A stretch of DNA of 63,264 nucleotides, filler included. It is 13 parts of 13 records of this genome, joined end to end, with 100 filler letters (N's around TTAATTAATTAA, not from the genome) between each part and the next. Parts side by side here need not be neighbours in the genome. Positions count along the whole stretch, not along the records: positions 1 to 8,242 come from SRR11831586_1050; positions 8,343 to 11,459 come from SRR11831586_1076; 11 more parts are not named here. The stretch is one strand, 5' to 3'. Numbering within the stretch: position 1 is the stretch's first letter; each line of letters starts with the position of its first letter. Both the position numbers and the translations under genes were made by a program. This document shows, in pieces, positions 1 to 11,559 of the stretch. The notes below the pieces were generated by a model. It worked only from the letters and a program-made list of their open reading frames with translations. It searched no databases and was not told the origin of the DNA.

Positions 1-753
1 TTTAAACGACTGTTCGGACGGTTTGGCGAAACCGTATTGCAGCGTCCAGTTACCGTGCATGGTGTGCCAGTAACGATCAACCTGTACGGAGTCGGAGAAA
101 CCTGGATGCGCCGGACCACAGTGATAGCACTCGAGATAGTTATCGACAATGTTCTTCCAGTTGGCAGGCGTGCGGGTGGTAAAGCGGGCCGCCAGTTTCA
201 GATCGTGGACTTCCGGGCAGGCTTCCAGCACTTTCGCGCCCAGGCCGGGTAATTGATCTTCTACGCTGGTGGCGTTGGGGTCCATGTTGATGAAGACGAA
301 TCCGGCATATTCTTCCAGACGCACCGGAACCAGTTGCGCTTTGTCGCTATCGAAATTGGCGACGTTTTCGCAGTTACGTGCATGGGCCAGGTTGCCATCG
401 AGTTTGAATGCCCATGCGTGATACGGGCAGGTAATCACATTTTTTGCTTTTCCTTCACCGCTCAACAACTGATGACCACGGTGCGGACACACGTTATAGA
501 ACGCGCGCAAAACCTTATCACGACCGCGTACCAGCACGATGCTTTCGCCAATGATCTCACGCGTCACATAATCATTGGCATTCGCCAGTTCGCTGCTGTG
601 AGCGACGCAAATCCAGCTTTTGGCGAAGACGTTCTCTTTTTCGTGTTCAAACGCGTTCTGATCGGTATAAAAACGGGCAGGAATGGTCCACGCCTCTTGC
701 GGGTTAGCGCAAAAATTTTCGGGTAGTACAAAGTCAGGGCTCAGATTGCTCAT
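1..753 (-). CDS. yeaW: Carnitine monooxygenase Rieske oxygenase subunit (3' truncated at window edge)
   Basis: ATG at 753 reads MSNLSPDFVLPENF; Rieske motifs CPHRGH and CPYHAW; open to position 1; next to yeaV. Absent from the ORF track because it has no stop. Confidence 0.95.
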   Translation of the reverse strand, partial: MSNLSPDFVLPENFCANPQEAWTIPARFYTDQNAFEHEKENVFAKSWICVAHSSELANANDYVTREIIGESIVLVRGRDKVLRAFYNVCPHRGHQLLSGEGKAKNVITCPYHAWAFKLDGNLAHARNCENVANFDSDKAQLVPVRLEEYAGFVFINMDPNATSVEDQLPGLGAKVLEACPEVHDLKLAARFTTRTPANWKNIVDNYLECYHCGPAHPGFSDSVQVDRYWHTMHGNWTLQYGFAKPSEQSFK

Positions 754-784
754 AGGGATACCTTTATCGTTAGGATGATGGCGC

Positions 785-2230
785 TCAGTTGTCGCCTTTG
801 AATACGGTTCCCGCAGGGAGCACTGGCGTTTTTTCCAGGGCTTCAACCGGTGTCTGCGGGAGATAATGTTCAACTTGATGAGCCGGAATGTCGGCGTAAT
901 CCTGTTTCAGCCAGCGAATAAACCCGCCGACTTTCACCAGTAAAATGACGAGGAAGGGAAGGGCTGTGAGCACGACGGTGGTTTTCATCGTTTCCAGCGA
1001 AGCACCGGTAAACAAGATGGAAAGCGGGATCAGAGTGATCACCACGCACCAGAAAAGACGCAGCCCACGGTCAGGATCGTCACCTTCCTGGAGATTACGC
1101 GTACTGGTCGCCGCCATGGTGTAGGCCACTGCATCCATATGCGAGGCAAGGAAAATAATCATCACGCCCAGGTATGCGGCGAGGAACAATTTACCGGCTG
1201 GCAACGACATCAGAACTTGCTGTACAGCTGTTTCGCCGCCCAGTGTTTCCAGCACCTGTGGGACGTTGATTACGCCATTGATAAACTGATGAATGGCATA
1301 GCTTTCCATTACGCCAAAGAAGAACCAGCAACCGACGGTGCTGCCGAGGATCAGTCCCCAGATAACTTCTTTAATCTTACGACCGCGGGAAACGCGGGTG
1401 ACAAACATTGCTACGCCAGGGGTGTATGAGATCCACCACAGCCAGTAGAAAACGGTCCAGTTGCGGGTAAATGAACCATCGCCAAGCGGATCGGTGAATA
1501 AGCTCATTTGCAGGAAGTTTTGCGTGGTCAGGCCGATGGCATTGATGATGCTGTTGGTAATAAATTCGGTTGGGCCGACAATCAGCACCAGTAATGGCAG
1601 CAGGAACGCGCCCCAGCCAACCATTTTGCTCAGACGTTGCAAACCGTTGTTGATACCAATCCACGAGCTTAGGCAAAAAATGCCGCCGGAAAGCAGGATC
1701 ACAAATGCCTGCACGGTGAAGTTATCGGGTAAACCGGTCAGCGCGGAAAGCCCACGGGTAAAGGTTGCTGCGGTAACAACAAGGGAAATGGTCAGTGCGC
1801 CGACAGTGGCGATCAGGAACATCAAATCGACCAGTTTTCCCCATGGGCCTTGCGGGCGAACGCCGGTAATAGCAGCAATAATGCCGGAAAGGCTCAGACC
1901 TTTGTTTTTCCGCACATGAAAGTGATAAGCCATGATTAATGAGGCCAGCGTATAAGTTGCCCAGGCGCTGATGCCCCAGTGGAAGAAAGAGTAGGGAACG
2001 CTAAATTCGAGTGCCTGTTGTGAACGCGGTGCGATATTTAATCCAGGTGTTTGATAATAATAGGCCCATTCAGCAACCCCCCAATAAAGCGTAGAAGAAC
2101 CTAAACCGGCACAAATAAACATAAACAGCCAGGAGAGCGTGCTGTATTCCGGTTTTCCTTCGCCAAGACGAATATTGCCGTATTTACTGGTGGCTAAATA
2201 AATCACCAGTCCCATTGCCAGCAAAACCAA
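785..2230 (-). CDS. yeaV: BCCT family transporter
   Basis: 481 aa hydrophobic ORF with BCCT motifs ([20 protein letters not shown]); lies between dmlA and yeaW; TTG start uncertain. Confidence 0.93.
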
Positions 2231-2375
2231 TACCTGTACGGCGGAACCTAACGTACGCGTAACAAAATTTGCATGTTACATAAATTAAACAATTAAGAAT
2301 ACGGAAAGCCATAAAACACGAAACGGAAACAATAAAAGGTGAAATGACGCAGGTTATTTACTGCAAAGAACGAAT

Positions 2376-2401
2376 AAAAAAACCGCGTCAGTGACGCGGT
2401 T
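2376..2401 (-). terminator. Rho-independent terminator after dmlA
   Basis: Minus strand AACCGCGTCA-C-TGACGCGGTT followed by a T run, about 20 nt after the dmlA stop. Confidence 0.8.
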
Positions 2402-2420
2402 CAAATAAACTGGTTTGACC

Positions 2421-3506
2421 TTAACGCAAAATAATTTTGCAAATCGCGTCGGCAACCTGTGGCGTGGTGGCATTGCCTTTCATATCAGGTGTTTTCGGCC
2501 CGTGAGCAATCACTTCTTCAATTGCTGCCAGAATACCGTTATGCGCTTGCTGGAAACGCTCATCGCCATTGCCGAGAAAATCGAGCATCATTGCCCCGGC
2601 CCAAATCGTGGCGATAGGGTTAGCAATATTTTTCCCGTAGATATCCGGCGCGGAACCGTGGACAGGCTCGAAGAGCGACGGGAAAGTGCGTTCCGGATTC
2701 AGGTTGGCGGATGGGGCAATGCCAATGGTGCCGGTGCAGGCCGGGCCAAGATCGGAAAGGATATCGCCAAACAAATTGGACGCCACCACCACATCGAATC
2801 GTTCCGGCTGCATCACAAAACGCGCGCAGAGAATATCAATATGCTGCTTGTCCCAGCGGATCTCCGGGTAATTCTCGGCCATTGCTTCCACTCGCTCATC
2901 CCAGTACGGCATGCTGATGGCTAAACCGTTCGATTTAGTGGCAGAAGTTAGTGTCTTACGTGGACGGCTTTGCGCAAGTTCGAAGGCATAACGCAAAATG
3001 CGATCGACACCACGGCGGGTAAATACCGATTCCTGAATGACGACTTCATGCTCTGTACCTTCATTCACTCTACCGCCGAGCGAGGAATATTCGCCTTCGG
3101 TGTTTTCCCTGACCACGTAAAAATCGATGTCGCCAGGCTGTTTTCCCGCCAGCGGGCAGGGAACGCCAGGAAAGAGACGAACCGGGCGCAGGTTGACGTA
3201 CTGGTCGAATTCACGACGAAATTTCAGCAGCGAACCCCACAACGAAATATGGTCCGGAACGGTATCCGGCCAGCCGACGGCACCAAAATAGATGGCGTCG
3301 AAACGGCTAAGTTGCTCATGCCAGTCGTCCGGCATCATTTTACCGTGATGGCTGTAATACTCGCAGCTCGCCCACTCCATTTGCTCAAAACTCAAGGCGA
3401 AGCCCCAGCGCTCAGCGGCAGCCTGTAACACGCGAATCCCTTCAGGAAGGACTTCTTTGCCAATCCCGTCTCCCGGGATCGCAGCAATACGCATCGTTTT
3501 CATCAT
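2421..3506 (-). CDS. dmlA: D-malate dehydrogenase (decarboxylating)
   Basis: 361 aa; IMDH/tartrate dehydrogenase motifs IPGDGIGKE, NLFGDILSD, EPVHGSAPDI; divergent from a LysR regulator. Confidence 0.97.
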   Translation of the reverse strand: MMKTMRIAAIPGDGIGKEVLPEGIRVLQAAAERWGFALSFEQMEWASCEYYSHHGKMMPDDWHEQLSRFDAIYFGAVGWPDTVPDHISLWGSLLKFRREFDQYVNLRPVRLFPGVPCPLAGKQPGDIDFYVVRENTEGEYSSLGGRVNEGTEHEVVIQESVFTRRGVDRILRYAFELAQSRPRKTLTSATKSNGLAISMPYWDERVEAMAENYPEIRWDKQHIDILCARFVMQPERFDVVVASNLFGDILSDLGPACTGTIGIAPSANLNPERTFPSLFEPVHGSAPDIYGKNIANPIATIWAGAMMLDFLGNGDERFQQAHNGILAAIEEVIAHGPKTPDMKGNATTPQVADAICKIILR

Positions 3507-3608
3507 TGGGTTCTCACTTCCTGACCATCAAAATTGACAACATCACCATCCTATAATTGACTGAAAAGGAATTAATCCCCGTAACTGGTGAAACATAAAA
3601 CACGAATC

Positions 3609-4532
3609 ATGAATAATTTACCGCTGCTGAATGATTTGCGCGTCTTTATGCTGGTGGCTCGCCGGGCTGGTTTTGCCGCCGTGGCGGAAGAACTGGGCGT
3701 TTCACCGGCGTTCGTCAGCAAGCGCATCGCCTTGCTGGAGCAAACGCTAAACGTGGTGTTGTTACACCGCACCACCCGCCGCGTCACCATTACCAAAGAA
3801 GGAGAGCGGATTTATGAATGGGCGCAGCGGATTTTGCAGGATGTCGGTCAGATGATGGACGAACTTTCTGACGTGCGTCAGGTGCCGCAGGGGATGCTGC
3901 GTATTATCAGCAGCTTTGGTTTTGGACGACAGGTGGTGGCTCCGGCGTTATTAGCGCTGGCGAAGGCGTATCCGCAACTGGAATTACGTTTTGATGTGGA
4001 AGACCGACTGGTCGATTTGGTCAATGAAGGTGTCGATCTCGATATTCGCATTGGCGATGACATCGCCCCTAATTTAATCGCCCGCAAACTGGCGACCAAT
4101 TACCGTATTCTCTGCGCGTCGCCGGAATTTATTGCGCAACATGGCGCGCCGAAACATTTAACCGATCTTTCTGCATTGCCGTGCCTGGTCATTAAAGAGC
4201 GCGATCATCCTTTTGGTGTCTGGCAATTACGCAATAAAGAAGGCCCCCATGCGATTAAAGTCACCGGCCCACTGTCGTCTAATCATGGAGAAATTGTCCA
4301 TCAGTGGTGTCTCGATGGGCAGGGGATTGCTCTGCGTTCCTGGTGGGATGTTAGCGAAAACATTGCCAGTGGTCATTTAGTGCAAGTGCTACCGGAATAT
4401 TACCAGCCAGCGAACGTCTGGGCCGTTTATGTTTCAAGGCTGGCGACGTCAGCGAAAGTGCGGATAACGGTAGAATTTTTACGCCAGTATTTTGCCGAGC
4501 ACTACCCGAATTTTTCACTGGAGCATGCCTGA
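3609..4532 (+). CDS. dmlR: LysR-family regulator DmlR
   Basis: LysR HTH (LGVSPAFVSKRIALLE...RTTR); ATG 3609; divergent from dmlA. Confidence 0.95.
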   Translation: MNNLPLLNDLRVFMLVARRAGFAAVAEELGVSPAFVSKRIALLEQTLNVVLLHRTTRRVTITKEGERIYEWAQRILQDVGQMMDELSDVRQVPQGMLRIISSFGFGRQVVAPALLALAKAYPQLELRFDVEDRLVDLVNEGVDLDIRIGDDIAPNLIARKLATNYRILCASPEFIAQHGAPKHLTDLSALPCLVIKERDHPFGVWQLRNKEGPHAIKVTGPLSSNHGEIVHQWCLDGQGIALRSWWDVSENIASGHLVQVLPEYYQPANVWAVYVSRLATSAKVRITVEFLRQYFAEHYPNFSLEHA

Positions 4533-4589
4533 TTAATGATTCAATTATCGGGTTGATATCAGGTTAAAACCTGATTTTCTCCTTTCTAA

Positions 4590-5297
<708 letters not shown>

Positions 5298-5469
5298 TGC
5301 TTTCAGCCCGCGTTGTCGCGGGCTTCCCATCTATAATCCTCCCTGATTCTTCGCTGATATGGTGCTAAAAAGTAACCAATAAATGGTATTTAAAATGCAA
5401 ATTATCAGGCGTACCCTGAAACGGCTGGAATAAACCGTTTTCAGCGCATTCACCGAAGGAGGGAAAAGG

Positions 5470-5829
5470 ATGCTTCAAATCCCACAGAATTATATTCATA
5501 CGCGCTCAACGCCTTTCTGGAATAAACAAACTGCACCTGCCGGAATATTCGAACGTCATCTTGATAAAGGAACGCGCCCGGGGGTTTACCCACGCCTTTC
5601 CGTTATGCATGGGGCGGTCAAATATCTCGGCTACGCTGATGAACACAGTGCAGAGCCTGATCAGGTGATCCTTATCGAAGCGGGGCAGTTTGCGGTGTTC
5701 CCTCCAGAAAAGTGGCACAACATTGAAGCCATGACTGACGATACTTATTTCAACATTGACTTCTTCGTGGCTCCTGAAGTCCTGATGGAAGGTGCGCAAC
5801 AACGGAAAGTCATTCATAACGGGAAATGA
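5470..5829 (+). CDS. yeaR: DUF1971/TehB N-terminal-like cupin protein YeaR
   Basis: 119 aa MLQIPQNYIHTRSTPFW; synteny leuE-yeaR-yoaG. Confidence 0.92.
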   Translation: MLQIPQNYIHTRSTPFWNKQTAPAGIFERHLDKGTRPGVYPRLSVMHGAVKYLGYADEHSAEPDQVILIEAGQFAVFPPEKWHNIEAMTDDTYFNIDFFVAPEVLMEGAQQRKVIHNGK

Positions 5830-5832
5830 ATC

Positions 5833-6015
5833 ATGGGCAAAGCAACGTATACCGTGACCGTCACCAATAACAGCAATGGCGTTTCTGTCGATTATGAAAC
5901 AGAGACGCCGATGACTTTGCTGGTGCCAGAAGTGGCGGCTGAAGTGATAAAAGATCTGGTGAATACCGTACGTTCTTATGACACGGAAAACGAACATGAT
6001 GTTTGTGGTTGGTAA
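5833..6015 (+). CDS. yoaG: DUF1869 small protein YoaG
   Basis: 60 aa MGKATYTVTVTNNSNG, 3 nt after the yeaR stop. Confidence 0.92.
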   Translation: MGKATYTVTVTNNSNGVSVDYETETPMTLLVPEVAAEVIKDLVNTVRSYDTENEHDVCGW

Positions 6016-6163
6016 TTATCACTGATCGTTGATGGCGCAATTTCTGCGCCATCGCAAAAAAAAACCTCCGTGATGCTCGTCACAAATCTTGCCCTCCCGA
6101 TGTTGTGCTATGCTTTTTATCAGCGACTAACCCGCTAATGCAAAACAGATAAGTGAGGAAACA

Positions 6164-6410
6164 ATGGGCATTCTGTCATGGATTATTTTTGGGCTTATTG
6201 CCGGTATTCTGGCGAAGTGGATCATGCCAGGTAAAGATGGAGTGGATTCTTATGACTATCCTGCTGGGGATAGTCGGTGCCGTAGTCGGCGGATGGATCA
6301 GCACGCTGTTTGGCTTTGGTAAAGTCGATGGCTTCAATTTTGGCAGCTTCGTGGTTGCCGTTATTGGTGCGATTGTCGTGCTATTTATCTACAGGAAGAT
6401 TAAAAGTTAA
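6164..6410 (+). CDS. yeaQ: GlsB/YeaQ/YmgE family membrane protein, frameshifted in this assembly
   Basis: ATG 6164 gives MGILSWIIFGLIAGILAKWIMPGKDG; the C-terminus MTILLGIVGAVVGG...RKIKS is in another frame; span of 247 nt is 2 short of 249. Confidence 0.9.
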
Positions 6411-6423
6411 CGCTTAAATTGCA

Positions 6424-6458
6424 CAAAGGCTGCACACAGGCAGCCTTTGCTATTTTTT
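6424..6458 (+). terminator. Rho-independent terminator after yeaQ
   Basis: CAAAGGCTGC...GCAGCCTTTG stem followed by TTTTTT. Confidence 0.7.
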
Positions 6459-6468
6459 AGAGGTGACG

Positions 6469-6543
6469 TTACCACCATCCCAGCTCAGTGCCGAGTACGA
6501 CAATAATCGCCACACCCATCATAATAATCGTTGTTTTTTTCAT
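6469..6543 (-). CDS. yoaJ: Small membrane protein YoaJ (24 aa)
   Basis: Manual translation MKKTTIIMMGVAIIVVLGTELGWW*; below the ORF track size cutoff. Confidence 0.88.
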   Translation of the reverse strand: MKKTTIIMMGVAIIVVLGTELGWW

Positions 6544-6545
6544 CT

Positions 6546-6644
6546 TTATGCTCCCGGGGCAACATAGCCGCCAATAAAAAACCATGCTAAAAATACGACC
6601 GCTGTAATGAAGATTACAACCGGAAAAATAATACCGATTCGCAT
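6546..6644 (-). CDS. yoaK: Small membrane protein YoaK (32 aa)
   Basis: Manual translation MRIGIIFPVVIFITAVVFLAWFFIGGYVAPGA*; directly upstream of yoaJ. Confidence 0.88.
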   Translation of the reverse strand: MRIGIIFPVVIFITAVVFLAWFFIGGYVAPGA

Positions 6645-6676
6645 GTTATCACCAATCAAAAGGATGTGAATACGCC

Positions 6677-7703
6677 TCAGGAATGTAGCGCTGGATGCGC
6701 GACAAAAGGTGTTTTCTGTTTGTGTTTTTTCTCCTGATACATCGCAATATCGGCAGCATGCAGGGCACTGTCTGCATCGGTTGTTTCAGGATCGACTTCT
6801 ACTATGCCAAGACTGGCACCGGGATAATACAAATCAACATCACCTAAGTGATATTCTCCACGTATTTGCTGCTGAATGCGTTCTCGCAGCGACGAAATAT
6901 CCGCATTCTCGTTGTTTAGTGAAACAACTAAAAACTCATCACCGCCGAGACGACCAATAACTTCGCCATTTTGCTGGAGCGTATTAAGGCGCTCGCCAAC
7001 CTGAATGAGAAACAGATCGCCACTATTATGACCAAAACGATCATTGATTAATTTGAAGTTATCCAGATCGATAAACGCGATCATTATCTTATGGTTAAGA
7101 TGCCGGGCGAGGGAAAACAGTGTCGTCAGATTTTCAAAAATCGCCCGCCGATTCGGTAGCCCGGTTAACGAGTCGGTATACGATTGCGCAATCAGCGCAG
7201 CATTGGCTTCGCGCAGCTGTTCAACCAGTGCCTCTTTTTGAATATATTGTGCAATCAGTCCGGCGAATAACTGTAAAACCTGTTCCGCGCGTTCACTCCA
7301 CTGGCGCTTCTCACTGCTGGCGGCGCAAAGCGTGCCATAGAATGATCCATCCGGTAAGTGAATTGGCGTGCTCAGAAATGTGGTGATGCCAAGATTGCGT
7401 GCCGCAATACAGTCACCCCGAACGGTCGGGGACTTCATCGCTGAAAAAGCAGTTTTCATCAATGGCGCGTTTGCATAACGAGTAATCCCACGAGACGGTA
7501 AAATTCTCCGGGATGTACATTTTCTGGCTGTTACGGGCAAACATAATATGCTGCAGGCGCGCTTCGACATCCACTTTGGTCAGGTAGGTTGATTCCATAT
7601 CAGTGACCATTTCCAGCATCTCCAGAAGCTGTCGGACCAGACTTTCCAGTGACTGTTCTTTGGCAAGGGATTGCGAGACGCGGGCGATAATCTGATCTGA
7701 CAC
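6677..7703 (-). CDS. dgcP: GAF-GGDEF diguanylate cyclase DgcP (YeaP), with a +1 frameshift near 7420
   Basis: GTG 7703 gives MSDQIIARVSQ...EVPDR; continues in another frame GDCIAARNLG...DSLTGLPNRR...GGDEF; span of 1027 nt is 3n+1. Confidence 0.92.
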
Positions 7704-7885
7704 GGAACAACTCCAGGATACGGCGGGTAAATGCTGATTATTTAATCTTTGCAGGCATGATAAAACATCATCAACAAAGATGAAACAAGACGTAATATGT
7801 TTTGAGTGAATGTAATAAAAATAGTGCTGCAAAACAAAACGATACCGCGATACTCTAATCTTGGATAAATATGTGAGATCAATAA

Positions 7886-8140
7886 ATGAAAATTATCAGT
7901 TTTGTTCTGCCTTGCTTGCTGGTCCTGGCTGGTTGTTCAACCCCTTCTCAGCCAGAAGCACCTAAACCGCCGCAGATTGGTATGGCAAATCCGGCGTCGG
8001 TCTATTGCCAGCAGAAGGGCGGGACGCTCATTCCAGTGCAGACAGCGCAAGGGGTCAGCAACAATTGCAAATTACCGGGCGGTGAAACGATTGATGAATG
8101 GGCATTGTGGCGGCGTGACCATCCGGCTGGTGAAAAATAA
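7886..8140 (+). CDS. yoaF: DUF333 lipoprotein YoaF
   Basis: Lipobox LAGC; MANPASVYCQQKGG motif. Confidence 0.93.
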   Translation: MKIISFVLPCLLVLAGCSTPSQPEAPKPPQIGMANPASVYCQQKGGTLIPVQTAQGVSNNCKLPGGETIDEWALWRRDHPAGEK

Positions 8141-8161
8141 CCGCCGGATGCTGTACTAAAA

Positions 8162-8242
8162 TCACAAGCTACGTAGCCAGTCGGCCAGCACCAGCGCATG
8201 GTTCTGCGTGGTGTTTTTTGCTGAGTAGAGCAGGGTCAGCGG
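8162..8242 (-). CDS. yeaO: DUF488 protein YeaO, C-terminal fragment
   Basis: Translation PLTLLYSAKNTTQNHALVLADWLRSL*; convergent on yoaF. Confidence 0.85.
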   Translation of the reverse strand, partial: PLTLLYSAKNTTQNHALVLADWLRSL

Positions 8243-8342
8243 NNNNNNNNNNNNNNNNNNNNNNNNNNNNNNNNNNNNNNNNNNNNTTAATTAATTAANN
8301 NNNNNNNNNNNNNNNNNNNNNNNNNNNNNNNNNNNNNNNNNN
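8243..8342. other. Artificial contig spacer with six-frame stop linker (1/12)
   Basis: 44 N + TTAATTAATTAA + 44 N. Confidence 0.99.
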
Positions 8343-9882
8343 TTTCTACTCGCACGTAGCCACGATCCTGAATGGTCGAAATGATCGACGCATAGGTAGA
8401 CGGACGACCGATACCGCGTTTTTCCAGCTCTTTAACCAGCGATGCTTCACTGAAACGGGCTGGCGGCTTGGTAAAGTGCTGGGCTGGTGTAAGTTCAACG
8501 AGCGTCAGAGCATCGCCTTTATTAACTGCTGGTAAGATGCGATCTTCATCGCCTTTACGCAACGCAGGCATCACTTTTGTCCAGCCATCAAAACGCAAAA
8601 TACGACCGCGTGCTTTCAGGCGGAAATCGCCCGCACCAACGGTCAGCGTCGTGGAGTCATATTTCGCTGGGGTCATCTGGCAGGCAACGAACTGACGCCA
8701 GATTAACTGGTACAGTTTCTGCGCATCTGCTTCCATATCCTTCAGCGATTCCGCCATCACATTGACGTCAGAAGGACGAATCGCTTCGTGCGCTTCCTGT
8801 GAGTTTTCTTTGCTGGCGTACTGATTCGGACTTTCCGGCAGATATTTCTTACCAAAATTATCGCTGATATAACCGCGAACCATATTTACCGCGTCCTGAC
8901 TCAGGTTAGTGGAGTCGGTACGCATGTAAGTGATATAGCCTGCTTCATACAAACGCTGCGCCATCATCATGGTTTTTTTCACGCCAAATCCAAGACGGGT
9001 GCTGGCAGCTTGTTGCAGCGTAGAGGTAATAAAAGGAGCGCCAGGTTTACTGGTTGTCGGTTTGTCTTCACGTTCCAGCACGCTGTAGCGCGCTTTTTCC
9101 AGCAGACTTACCGCAGCCTGAGTTTGTTCTTTGTTGACCGGACGGAACGGTTTGTCGTTCTGATGAGTCACCTGTAACGCCAACGCTTCACCAGATGGCG
9201 TGGTCGTGCTGGCATCGACTTCCCAGAACTCTTCCGGCACGAACGCTTTAATTTCACGCTCACGCTCGACCACCAGGCGAACCGCCACCGACTGCACACG
9301 ACCGGCAGACAGGCCACGAGCGATCTTTTTCCATAGCAGCGGCGAAACCATATACCCCACCACGCGGTCCATAAAGCGACGCGCCTGCTGGGCATTAACA
9401 CGATCAATATTCAGCTCACCCGGTTTGTTAAATGCCTGGCGGATCGCGTTTTTAGTAATTTCGTTAAACACCACTCGGCTATAGCGCGCATCATCACCCC
9501 CAATCACTTCCCGCAGGTGCCATGCAATGGCTTCCCCTTCGCGGTCAAGGTCGGTTGCGAGATAGATGTGGTCGGCTTTTTCAGCCAGTTGTTTCAGTTC
9601 AGAGACGACCTTCTCTTTACCAGGCAACACTTCATAGTGCGCCTCCCAATTGTGCCACGGGTCAACCCCCATACGGTTGACGAGAGCGCCACGTTCATCC
9701 TTTTTAGGCTTTTTAGCCGTCTTGGTGGAGGTAGAGTCGGCACTCTTTTTGGCAGCTGAGCCACTGGTCGGCAAATCGCGGATGTGACCGACGCTGGATT
9801 TCACCACGTAGTCACTACCCAGATACTTGTTGATCGTTTTGGCTTTTGCCGGGGACTCAACGATGACAAGAGCTTTACCCAT
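8343..9882 (-). CDS. topA: DNA topoisomerase I (5' part; truncated by contig end)
   Basis: [30 protein letters not shown]; active site ITYMRTDS. Confidence 0.98.
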
Positions 9883-10261
9883 ATTCACCTTACCTAATTT
9901 GATTCTTCCAGGAATGCGTCGCACGTTGATAAACCTTCCACTGGCAACGAGTTACCGATATGGACTCGCTCTCTGCGGATATCAACCCCTTGTCGTGACT
10001 CTGTTCACGAAAATTCAGGTGACTGAGTTAACAGGTCTTGGCCTACAGGCGCTATAGCACGACGGAATTTTGGTCGAATGTCAAGCAAATCTATTGCCAG
10101 ATTGACGAAAGCGTCACACTGTACCTGATAAAATCCGATACGCAACTTTATTAGCATGCAAAATCCAAAGTTGCCAGTAAGGCGCTCTTGCCACCAGCGT
10201 GGTATATTTGTCTGCAAGCCATGCCTGGCGTAGACTAATGTCCTTGTTTAAGGAGTAAATA

Positions 10262-10513
10262 ATGAACAAAGAGACACAACCCATCGACCGCGAAACGCTG
10301 TTGAAAGAGGCCAACAAAATCATTCGTGAGCATGAGGATACGCTCGCAGGGATTGAAGCCACCGGCGTCACGCAGCGTAATGGCGTGCTGGTATTTACCG
10401 GCGACTACTTTTTAGATGAACAAGGATTGCCAACAGCCAAAAGCACCGCGGTGTTTAATATGTTCAAACACCTGGCCCATGTGCTTTCAGAAAAATATCA
10501 TCTGGTTGATTAA
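10262..10513 (+). CDS. yciN: DUF2498 protein YciN
   Basis: 83 aa [23 protein letters not shown]; lies between topA and sohB. Confidence 0.93.
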
Positions 10514-10550
10514 AGCAAAACGCGAGGTCTTAGCCTCGCGTTTGTCTTTT
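10513..10550. terminator. Probable bidirectional terminator between yciN and sohB
   Basis: AAACGCGAGG-TCTTAG-CCTCGCGTTT hairpin between convergent stops. Confidence 0.7.
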
Positions 10551-11459
10551 ACATCAATGGCTTTTGACCCCGCTGCCACCAGCGTAGCAACAATCGATCG
10601 GCGCTCTCTGCCGCGCTGCCGGTGAATCGGTCAATGAGTCGTTTACGCTGCATATAGCGTACATTGACCACTTCACGGCCTTCCATCAGGCTAAGAATAA
10701 CTTCATCACTGGTGTTGATTTCATCAACCAGGCCTTTCTCTACCGCCTGTTGTCCGTACCAGTGTTCACCCGTTGCCACCTGTTCAATATCCAGAGAAGG
10801 ACGCATACGCTTCACAAAATCTTTAAACAACTGATGCGTTTCGTTCAACTCTTCGCGGAATTTCTCCCGCCCTTCTTCGGTATTTTCACCCAGCAACGTC
10901 AGCGTGCGCTTATACTGCCCGGCAGTGTGCAGTTCGATATCAATATCTTTGCTTTTCAGGAAGCGGTTAAAGTTGGGCATTTGCGCCACCACGCCAATGG
11001 AACCCACAATAGCAAACGGTGCGGAAACAATTTTGTCCGCCACACAGGCCATCATGTAACCGCCGCTGGCAGCGACTTTGTCTACCGTAACAGTTAAAGG
11101 AATGTTTTTATCGCGCAGACGCTGCAGTTGCGAAGCCGCCAGCCCGTAACCATGCACCATGCCACCAGGGCTTTCCAGACGGAGCACAACCTGATCCTGC
11201 GGTTTGAATGCTGCGAGTACAGCCGTTATCTCTTCACGTAGCGAGTTCACTTCATGGGCGTCCATGCTGCCTTTAAAATCCAGCACCCAGACGCGGGGTT
11301 TACTGTCAGTTGCCACCTCGCCCAGTTTGGCTTTCGCTTTTGCTGCTTTCGCTTCTTGCTTATGCTTTTTCTTCTGCGCTTTGTGCCACTGTTTTTGCTG
11401 ATGTGAGTCCATCAGCGCCGCGGCCAGTTCTTCTTTCATCTCCTTATACTGTTCGCTGA
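10549..11459 (-). CDS. sohB: S49 peptidase SohB (5' truncated)
   Basis: RLESPGG and AASGGY S49 motifs; C-terminus RWWQRGQKPLM. Confidence 0.96.
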
Positions 11460-11559
11460 NNNNNNNNNNNNNNNNNNNNNNNNNNNNNNNNNNNNNNNNN
11501 NNNTTAATTAATTAANNNNNNNNNNNNNNNNNNNNNNNNNNNNNNNNNNNNNNNNNNNN
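11460..11559. other. Artificial contig spacer (2/12)
   Basis: Same 100-nt N/TTAATTAATTAA/N linker. Confidence 0.99.

Noticed and set aside
8287..8298. Recurrent TTAATTAATTAA as a biological repeat or insertion site
   Set aside because: It is always centred in exactly 44+44 Ns and gives stops in all six frames, so it is an assembly linker.
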